This document shows positions 17,935 through 24,670 of a stretch of 32,000 bases of DNA, one piece after another. The stretch spans positions 120,001 through 152,000 of the forward strand of contig RQZE01000003.1 of NCBI GenBank assembly GCA_003858585.1, in the 5' to 3' direction. Each line of letters begins with the position of its first letter. Within the stretch, counting starts at the first letter, position 1. Origin of the DNA: Erysipelotrichaceae bacterium OH741_COT-311 (GTDB lineage: Bacteria > Bacillota_I > Bacilli_A > Erysipelotrichales > Erysipelotrichaceae). A program made the position numbers and the translations under genes. The notes beneath the pieces were generated by a model. The model was given only the letters and a program-made list of their open reading frames with translations. It did no database searches and was not told where the DNA came from.

Positions 17935-20802
17935 ATGAATAGGATAAAAAGCAACAAAGCAATCAAAATACTCTTAATCTTCATGATGTTTATTGCACTG
18001 TTACCAACCAACATCATTAAGCTACATGCACAGGAAGAATACAACCTTACTATTATTGGTTTGGATAAAACGGAAACTGTCAAAGTGAAGGAAGGCACAA
18101 GAAGGGAAGCAACGGTTGTTGTGTACGAAGATGATCAAGCGTTTAGTCACTGGGAAGTAGTCAGTGGCGGCCCTATTGTATTTGAAAAAGGTACAACAGA
18201 ACCTTGGAATTTTTTTGTCATGCCATCCAATGATGTCGTGATTAAAGCGGTCTATGTACAAGGATATTCTATAAAAATGGAAGGCGGATGCGGACATATT
18301 CGCCCCTATAATATATCATTCTATTTGGCTATACGTGAAATAATGGCAAATGCCAATCGTAAGGTAGTAATATGGTACAAAACCGATTCAGAAGGCAAAG
18401 AATTCAGTCATTGGGAAGTCATTCGTGGCGGAATTACCTTAGAGAATACCCATGTCGAGCGTACGTCATTTATTATGCCGGAAAATGATGTTGTGATTAA
18501 ATGCGTTGAAAAAGGTGGTGAAACCTATAGTATTACGATAGAGGATGGATATGCCGTAAATCATACTACGGGTGTTACTGCTAGTGAAGCGTTACCGGGG
18601 CATGAGATAAAGATTTATTCTCGTACATATCAGGAAGGAATGGTTTTTGATCACTGGGAAGTCATTGATGGCGGGATTACTTTGGGTGATGTAAACGATT
18701 CAATAACGTCATTTATCATGCCGGGAAATGATGTCATCTTAAAAGCTCATCATGTTAAGGGACATAAAATTCAAATAGAAAATGGATATAAATACAACAC
18801 AACTATTAAAACGTGGTTTGAAAAATCCGGTAACAAGGTATATATAGAGGTAGGTTCACTACCTTTAGGAAAAGTTTTTAGTCATTGGGAAGTCGTCAGT
18901 GGAAGTGTTACTTTGGATGATGCAAACGATTCAATGACGTCATTTATCATGCCGGATGGGGATGTAAATATTAAGGCAGTTCTTATTGATGAAAAGCATA
19001 GCATTTTGGTAGATGGTGGATATGCTTATTACGAAGGTAGTTTAGTTACAGAAGCCGCTTCGGATCAAATTATAGATATAATAGCGGCATCGCCTTCAAG
19101 TGGGAAACTGTTCAGTCACTGGGAAGTGGTTAGCGGAAACATTAAGATTGCACAACCGGGCAGAAGAAAAACACACTTTACAATGGCAAAGGAAGATGTA
19201 AGTGTAAAGGCGATATTTAAAGATTCTTACAATATTGATGTTGAAGGTGGAACATCAAGTGTAGATTCTGTAGATACCACTTCTACAATTGCCGGAAAAC
19301 AGGTGTACATTACCGTTAATAATATTCCAAAAGGGCAGGCGTTCAGTCATTGGGAAGTCGTCGGTGGAAGTATAACATTAGATAATCCATATAGCACTAC
19401 TACATTTTTCACTATGCCGGAAGAAGATGTAAGTGTCAAAGCGGTGTTTGAAAAGGGAATTGATGTTGAAGTAATCGGTGGCTTTGCACAATTGGATGGC
19501 TATGAAATCACACAGGCATTAAAAAATCAAACAATATCTATTCGTGCCGATGCACCGCCTTTAGATAAAGAATTTGCTTATTGGGTGGTTCATGATGGTG
19601 GCATTGTTGTAAACGATTCTACCAAACCTGTGACATCTTTTGATATGGGGGATAAAAAAGTACGCATTGAAGCGGTTTATACGGATACCTACAAGGTTAA
19701 TGTATTACCCGGAACAAATGGTAGTGTTGTTGCCGATAAGGTAAATAATGTGTTACCCGGCGAAACGATTGGTTTAGTAGTAACTGCGGATAGCGGGTAT
19801 GTTTTAGATGAATTAGTTGTCAAAGATAGTAGTAATCGTATCGTTCCGTTAGTGCATACATATTTTGTGATGCCTGCTTCTGATGTTGAAGTAAAGGCAA
19901 CCTTTAAACCTAAAGATCCGATTACCTTTGATTTATCGACAAAAGTAATTGATGGTCATGGCAGTATTTCAAAAGGGAAAAAAGATCTTCCGTTAAATAG
20001 CATCGAAACGATTACTTTTATGCCTGTTGCAAATTATGAAATTGATTATGTAACGGTAAATGGCATCGTGGTTGTTGTCTCGGGTAATGTCTATAATCTT
20101 ACAATGGATTCAGATAAACATGTAGAGGTAAAGTATAAAAAGATTGGTAGTGCCTCTACTCCTCAACCTACAACCGTTAATCTTACAACAAAGGTGTTAA
20201 GTGGTAAGGGTGATGTTTCGAAAGGTATGGAAAATGTTCCGTTAAATTCCACTGAAACGATTACCTTTACACCGGAGGTTGGATTTGAAATAGAAAAGGT
20301 AACCGTTAACGGAGTTGAGGTTACTGTTGTAGGAAATAGCTATCATCTTACAATGGATTCTGATAAACATGTGGAAGTTAGTTATAAAGATGTTCGTCCG
20401 ATACACTATATTTCTTATAATTTAAATGGTGGAACTTTACAAGGAAAAACAGGGCAAGTGGCGATTTTAGTTAGAGAAGGAGAGACAATTAAGCTTCCGG
20501 CTGCTCCATATAAACCGGGTTATCGTTTTAGTTATTGGAAAGGATCTAAATATTATCCTGGTGATAATTATGTAGTACGAAGTGGTCATACTTTTACAGC
20601 ACAATGGGAAAAATTATCTTTAGAACCTATCAATAATTCAACGATGATTGTAAATCCAAGTAACGAAGTTACACATGTAAAGGTTAAAATACCTAAGACA
20701 AAGGATACAACACAATCATCGCTATGGCTTATGATGATGGTGATGTCTCTTGTCGGTTTGTTTGGTTTTTATTCCTTAAACAAGAAACGAGAGCATAGAT
20801 AA
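17935..20802 (+). CDS. Large secreted/cell-surface repeat protein (InlB B-repeat / Listeria-Bacteroides-repeat-like modules) with a C-terminal sorting-like anchor
   Basis: Signal peptide 'MNRIKSNKAIKILLIFMMFIALLPTNIIKLHA/QEE'. About 10 tandem 77-87-aa modules, 7 of them with '(F/Y)(S/D/A)(H/Y)W(E/V)V..G...(x)..T.F.MP..DV..KA'. One 'GY.FSYW...TAQWE' Listeria-Bacteroides-type repeat. The C-terminus has 'IPKTKD', a hydrophobic helix and 'NKKREHR'. AAAGGAGG RBS. Confidence 0.85.
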   Translation: MNRIKSNKAIKILLIFMMFIALLPTNIIKLHAQEEYNLTIIGLDKTETVKVKEGTRREATVVVYEDDQAFSHWEVVSGGPIVFEKGTTEPWNFFVMPSNDVVIKAVYVQGYSIKMEGGCGHIRPYNISFYLAIREIMANANRKVVIWYKTDSEGKEFSHWEVIRGGITLENTHVERTSFIMPENDVVIKCVEKGGETYSITIEDGYAVNHTTGVTASEALPGHEIKIYSRTYQEGMVFDHWEVIDGGITLGDVNDSITSFIMPGNDVILKAHHVKGHKIQIENGYKYNTTIKTWFEKSGNKVYIEVGSLPLGKVFSHWEVVSGSVTLDDANDSMTSFIMPDGDVNIKAVLIDEKHSILVDGGYAYYEGSLVTEAASDQIIDIIAASPSSGKLFSHWEVVSGNIKIAQPGRRKTHFTMAKEDVSVKAIFKDSYNIDVEGGTSSVDSVDTTSTIAGKQVYITVNNIPKGQAFSHWEVVGGSITLDNPYSTTTFFTMPEEDVSVKAVFEKGIDVEVIGGFAQLDGYEITQALKNQTISIRADAPPLDKEFAYWVVHDGGIVVNDSTKPVTSFDMGDKKVRIEAVYTDTYKVNVLPGTNGSVVADKVNNVLPGETIGLVVTADSGYVLDELVVKDSSNRIVPLVHTYFVMPASDVEVKATFKPKDPITFDLSTKVIDGHGSISKGKKDLPLNSIETITFMPVANYEIDYVTVNGIVVVVSGNVYNLTMDSDKHVEVKYKKIGSASTPQPTTVNLTTKVLSGKGDVSKGMENVPLNSTETITFTPEVGFEIEKVTVNGVEVTVVGNSYHLTMDSDKHVEVSYKDVRPIHYISYNLNGGTLQGKTGQVAILVREGETIKLPAAPYKPGYRFSYWKGSKYYPGDNYVVRSGHTFTAQWEKLSLEPINNSTMIVNPSNEVTHVKVKIPKTKDTTQSSLWLMMMVMSLVGLFGFYSLNKKREHR
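18037..20391 (+). repeat. In-frame tandem array of ~10 divergent 231-261-nt coding modules inside the surface-protein gene
   Basis: The HWEV/YWVV motif recurs at residues 72, 159, 240, 317, 395, 472 and 549. Three further modules lack that motif. The last two (res 666-737 and 748-818) are clearly paralogous: '...PLNS.ETITF.P...EI..VTVNG..V.V.GN.Y.LTMDSDKHVEV.YK'. Confidence 0.8.
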
Positions 20803-20807
20803 AGGAA

Positions 20808-20833
20808 GGAAGAAGAATTCTTCTTCCTTTTTT
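20808..20833 (+). terminator. Rho-independent terminator after the surface-protein gene
   Basis: Perfect palindrome 'ggaagaagaa/ttcttcttcc' followed by T6. Confidence 0.85.
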
Positions 20834-20872
20834 ATGTTACACTATAGATAACTATAGGATAGAGGTTTTAGT

Positions 20873-21660
20873 ATGATTGATGAATTAGCGTGTAAAATTA
20901 TGCAACCGGATATGATTTTAGATGAAGAATTAGAGTTTATGATGGAAAATATCGGACATGAAAATCCAAGAATACGGGATGACCTCATTTATGGGTTATT
21001 TTGTATAGGGTTTGAAAAAGAATTGTTTTCTAAAGAGCAAGTAGAATCCATGATTAAGTATTTATTTGATCACAATATATTGTTAAAAGATATAGAAACG
21101 AAAGCAATACATTCAACTTTGGTAAGAAGTTATGGTGCGTTGTTATGGTCATTGATTCTTTTTTATGACAATGAAAATATCAGGTTCTTCTACAGGAGGA
21201 AAGAGAAAAGATTTTTTCGTTAGCTCTTTGTTATGTTGCAAATGAAGAAGATCATACAGGATATGTAAAGCCTTATGGATGGGTACATACCATTGCTCAT
21301 GCTTCTGAGTTGTTGCTTTCTATTGTGAAACATCAACAAATGAGAGAGTTTATGGTGGAAGAGGTGTTGAAGAGTATTTATGAGATGTTTATTAAACAAA
21401 TGGAAATCTTTCGTGATAAAGAAGAGAAAAGAATTGGTTTGGTAGTTTTAGAAATGCTTAAAAGAAAACAATTATCTATCGTACAATTGAAAGAATGGAT
21501 TGATCAATTTAAGGAATATTATGCTTCTGATCGTCTTTTAGAAGTTAAGGATTTTCGTAGTAAAGAGAATGTTGTAAATATGTTAAACTACATGTTATTG
21601 TTTATAGAAACAGAAACTCTGGAGTTAAAAGAAAGTATAAAGGAATTTAATAGAATTTAA
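20873..21660 (+). pseudogene. DUF2785-like protein gene disrupted by a frameshift (two 116-aa ORFs in the track are halves of one gene)
   Basis: ORF1 ends at TAG 21221-21223. The frame of ORF2 is already open from 21175 and reads '..QVLLQEEREKIFSLALCYVANEEDHTGYVKPYGWVHTIAHASELLLSIVKH..', continuous with ORF2. 'GWVHTIAHASEL' matches my recollection of the DUF2785 'GWaHs.AH.aD.l' motif. The shift must lie at about 21172-21181 (an A4 run). Confidence 0.6.
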
Positions 21661-21683
21661 AAAGTGTAAGAATACACTGAGCT

Positions 21684-22287
21684 TGTAAGATAAAAGTAGA
21701 CATACTTAAGAAAGAATATCCGATAACAGAGTTATGTAGAGTTATGGGTGTGAATAGAACAGGATATTACAAATGGTTATCCGGAAAAGGAATAAAAAAT
21801 AAATATGAAAAAGACAGAGGGATGTTGATACCATTACTTGAGCTTGCTCATCAAAAGCATAGGTCTTATATTCAGAAATGAAACAGGCTGGCAGTTTTTC
21901 GATATGACGGTAATAAAGTATAAAAGTAAAAGATATGAACGGACATATCTACTTGATACATTTAATAATGAAATAATTTCAAATATATCACCGGTATTAT
22001 TGGAGATAGACGACCATAGTTTAATTGTCTAAAAGATTTAATAGAAAAAACAAAAAAACAGAAAGAACCTGTCATTTTACACACCGACAAGGGTTTGGTC
22101 TATTCCTTTGTGGATGAAAAAAGAAATATATTCTGAGGGATGGTACCAACGTTATGAGATTGAAGAATATGTGGATTATTACAACAACATAAGAGTGGCT
22201 TATGCGTTAAACTACAAAAGCCCAATCCGGTTTAAAACGGAATTGGGCTATCAGTAACTTTTTTACTTTGTCTACTTTTTGTTGACA
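21684..22287 (+). mobile_element. Degenerate IS3-family insertion-sequence remnant, copy 1 (OrfA deleted, OrfB fragmented)
   Basis: Imperfect terminal inverted repeats: 'TGTAAGATAAAAGTAGACA' at 21684 against the reverse complement of 'TGTCTACTTTTTGTTGACA' ending at 22287. Fragments of an IS3 OrfB are present: 'ITELCRVMGVNRTGYYKWL' (HTH_21-like), 'WQFFDMTVI...TYLLDTFNNEII' (DDE region), 'ILHTDKG' and 'YVDYYNNIR..YALNYKSPIRF'. Stops and frame breaks run throughout, and ~600 bp is far shorter than an intact IS3 element. Confidence 0.75.
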
Positions 22288-22478
22288 CGTTCCATTTTTT
22301 ATATTTTTTTTTACAACAATCTTCTTAATCTTATCAATCATTGTTTCTTTACTTGTTTGACTAAAATACATTCCTATATTATATTTTACCCCATTTACAA
22401 CTTTTTGGACTCTAATTTGATTATTTTTCTCTGTAAATGTTCTGTTTTTATTTTCATACTTTCCGTCCTTTTTACAAT

Positions 22479-22512
22479 AAAAAAAGCAACTAGATTTTTT
22501 ATTTCTAATTGC
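22479..22512 (-). terminator. Rho-independent terminator downstream of fic (minus strand)
   Basis: On the minus strand: 'gcaattaga-aataaaaaa-tctagttgc' hairpin followed by T7. It lies 29 nt after the fic stop codon. Confidence 0.7.
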
Positions 22513-22540
22513 TTTAAATGGTTTCTATTAAATTTTGTTT

Positions 22541-23689
22541 TTACAACGCTGTTCCCTCAGATAAAATATCTACGTATTTTTTATAAACATATTGCCTATA
22601 TCTTTTTTTATCTTCTACAAGTTCTAATATTCTCATATCTCTTAAATTGTCTAGTAGTTTATTTGCTGTAGGTTTACTAACACCTAGTAGATTTCTTATA
22701 TCTTCCATTTCAATAAAAGGATGCTTTAAAATATAATCATATATTAAAAGTATATTTGAAATATTACCATTAGAAAAACTACGAATTTTTTCTGTGTCTT
22801 TCTTTTTAAGTTCAATAATTTTTTGTATGGAAGTTACTGCATCTTGGGAAATTTCACAAACACCATTTATAAAAAATTTCACCCATTTTTCAAATTCTCC
22901 TTTAATACGAACATTGTTTAAAAGTTCATAGTATCTATTTCTATTCTTCTTAAAAAAATAACTCAAATAAAGAATAGGATAATTTATCAATCCTTGCTCT
23001 TTTAAATACAATATAATAAGAAGTCTTCCGATTCTTCCATTTCCATCTAGGAATGGATGTATCGTTTCAAACTGATAGTGTATTAAAGATATTTTGATTA
23101 GATTTGAAATATCGCTATTTTCGTGTATATATTTTTCTAAATCACTTAAACAACTGTCCATTTCATCTGGTGCTGGTGGGATAAAACTTGCATTTTTTAG
23201 AGTTGACCCTGCGTGTCCAATCCAATTTTGAGATTTTCTAAATTCCCCGGGCATTTTCTCATCACCTCTAGTATTACATAAAAGGACTGAATGTGTTTCT
23301 TTCATTAGCCTCATACATAATGGTAATTCATTCAATCTTTTAAAGGCATAGTTCGTTGCCTTTATATAATTTACAATTTCTTCCGTATCTTTTATTTTCT
23401 CATTAACTCTATCTTTTTGTAGAACATCAATAAGAGATGCTTGAGTTCCCTCTATTTGCGAACTAATAACTGCCTCCTTTTGAACATACATAGATACAAA
23501 AAGATCCATATCCGGTAATGTTATTGCCATACCATCCAATCGCCCAAGTAGTAAGTATGCTTTATTTATTAAAGTATTTATTTCTGTATCAATATTTAAT
23601 TTTATATTTTTTAAGTTATGGGGTATAAAACATTCGTAATCACTCTGCATTCTTTTTAATTGTCCTGCTCTATTATTTTCTAGTTTCAA
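22541..23689 (-). CDS. fic: Fic-family protein (class II: N-terminal inhibitory helix, Fic core, C-terminal winged-helix-like domain); predicted AMPylase
   Basis: Canonical active-site motif 'HPFLDGNGRIGR' (nt 23024-23059). Inhibitory motif (S/T)xxxE(G/N) is 'SSQIEG' (nt 23447-23464). TTG start lies 6 nt after a GGAGG RBS. The C-terminal 'LLGVSKPTANKLLDNL' is HTH-like. Confidence 0.88.
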   Translation of the reverse strand: MKLENNRAGQLKRMQSDYECFIPHNLKNIKLNIDTEINTLINKAYLLLGRLDGMAITLPDMDLFVSMYVQKEAVISSQIEGTQASLIDVLQKDRVNEKIKDTEEIVNYIKATNYAFKRLNELPLCMRLMKETHSVLLCNTRGDEKMPGEFRKSQNWIGHAGSTLKNASFIPPAPDEMDSCLSDLEKYIHENSDISNLIKISLIHYQFETIHPFLDGNGRIGRLLIILYLKEQGLINYPILYLSYFFKKNRNRYYELLNNVRIKGEFEKWVKFFINGVCEISQDAVTSIQKIIELKKKDTEKIRSFSNGNISNILLIYDYILKHPFIEMEDIRNLLGVSKPTANKLLDNLRDMRILELVEDKKRYRQYVYKKYVDILSEGTAL

Positions 23690-23727
23690 AATATACCTCC
23701 TAAGTTAAATCTATTTTATTTAGAACT

Positions 23728-23756
23728 ATTATATCAGTTTTAAGTAAAATTTTCAA
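23728..23756 (-). promoter_or_regulatory. Consensus sigma-A promoter for fic (TTGAAA-17 nt-TATAAT on the minus strand)
   Basis: Minus strand reads 'TTGAAAattttacttaaaactgaTATAAT'. The -35 is at 23751-23756 and the -10 at 23728-23733, about 30 nt upstream of the RBS. Confidence 0.7.
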
Positions 23757-23810
23757 AGAAATACTTTACTTAAAATATAACTTATTCTTCTAAGTTAAAT
23801 TTTATTTACT

Positions 23811-23841
23811 AAAAAAGCAATTAGATTTTTTTTCTAATTGC
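23811..23841 (-). terminator. Rho-independent terminator upstream of the fic promoter (minus strand), a near-copy of the one at 22479-22512
   Basis: On the minus strand: 'gcaattaga-aaaaaaa-tctaattgc' perfect 9-bp stem followed by T6. Confidence 0.7.
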
Positions 23842-23954
23842 CTTTACTCGTTTATTAGATACTGTGCTTTATTTAGTGTTTCTTTACTTTGTACTTTTCT
23901 TCTATCTACTTCTACTACTTTAAGGGGTAAACACATTTCAATTATCCTTAGATC

Positions 23955-24653
23955 TATACTAAAAAAGTAGATATACTAAAAAAGTATGCCTACTTTTTTA
24001 TGATAAAGTTTTCTGGGAGGTAAATTTATGAGAAGAGAAAAAGGTGGAGAATCTGCTTTAAATCCTGAAAAGTTACATCCGAGCAATCAATATGCAGCAA
24101 TTAGAAGTAGTAAATCATTAACAGAAGTTGAACGATTAAAAAAGGGTATATGGAAAAGGAAATAAATCGATATGAAAAAGACAGAGAGCTGTTGATACCA
24201 TTACTTAAGGTTGCTCATCAAAAGCATAGGTCTTATGGTTAGAAATGAAACAGGCTGGCAGTTTTTCGATATGACGGTAATAAAGCACAAAAGTAAAAGA
24301 CATGAATGGACATATCTACTTGATACATTTAATAATGAAATAATTTCAAATATATCACCGGTATCATTAAAGATAGACGACCATAGTTTAATTGTCTAAA
24401 AGATTTAATAGAAAAAATAAAGGAACAGAAAGAACCTGTCATTTTACACACCGACAAGGTTTGGTCTATTCCTTTGTGGATGAAAAAAGAAATATATTCT
24501 GAGGGATGGTACCAACGTTATGAGATTGACGAGTATGTGGATTATTACAACAACATAAGACCGACTTATGCGTTAAACTACAAAAGCCCAATCCGGTTTA
24601 AAACGGAATTGGGCTATCAGTAACTTTTTTACTTTGTCTACTTTTTGTTGACA
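23955..24653 (+). mobile_element. Degenerate IS3-family remnant, copy 2 (retains an OrfA tail and slippery site; lacks the HTH_21 segment; same fragmented OrfB as copy 1)
   Basis: The left end has 'AAAAGTAGATATACT', similar to the copy-1 IRL core. A 45-aa ORF (24028-24165) ends in '..LTEVERLKKGIWKRK' and contains A AAA AAG (24138-24144). From ~24150 to 24653 it is collinear with 21783-22287 of copy 1, with about two dozen substitutions and one 1-nt indel by eye. The right end 'TGTCTACTTTTTGTTGACA' is identical. The left boundary is approximate. Confidence 0.7.
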
Positions 24654-24670
24654 AATCAAATAATACACCT

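Noticed and set aside
17548-18297. Minus-strand ORFs 17548-17769, 17892-18098 and 18022-18297
   Set aside because: They are antisense to the LuxR regulator and to the 5' end of the surface-protein gene. No translation signals.
21838-22032. 64-aa ORF (and its twin at 24211-24399, 62 aa)
   Set aside because: These are not independent genes. Both are the same out-of-context DDE-region fragment ('WQFFDMTVI...YLLDTFNNEII') of the degraded IS3-family transposase, and both begin at non-ATG codons without an RBS.
22288-22478. Minus-strand open frame '..KDGKYENKNRTFTEKNNQIRVQKVVNGVKYNIGMYFSQTSKETMIDKIKKIVVKK..' between the fic terminator and IS copy 1
   Set aside because: It is vaguely reminiscent of AP2/integrase-arm-type DNA-binding segments, which could make it a gene stump truncated by the IS. 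It has no in-frame start. The nearby ATG with an RBS is in another frame and stops after 20 codons. The similarity is too weak to call by eye.
22279-22671. 130-aa plus-strand ORF from the track (FYIFFYNNLLNLINHCFF...)
   Set aside because: It has low-complexity F/I/L/Y composition typical of the antisense of AT-rich DNA. It starts inside the IS right end, runs through the fic terminator and overlaps the 3' end of fic. No RBS.
23955-23998. Tandem 'TATACTAAAAAAGTA' x2 and the inverted 'AAAAAGTAG...CTACTTTTT' at the left boundary of IS copy 2, considered as a possible IS end-to-end junction
   Set aside because: This could be a relic of abutted IS ends, or simply a local duplication. It is too short and AT-rich to interpret. 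It is recorded only as the reason the left boundary of copy 2 is approximate.
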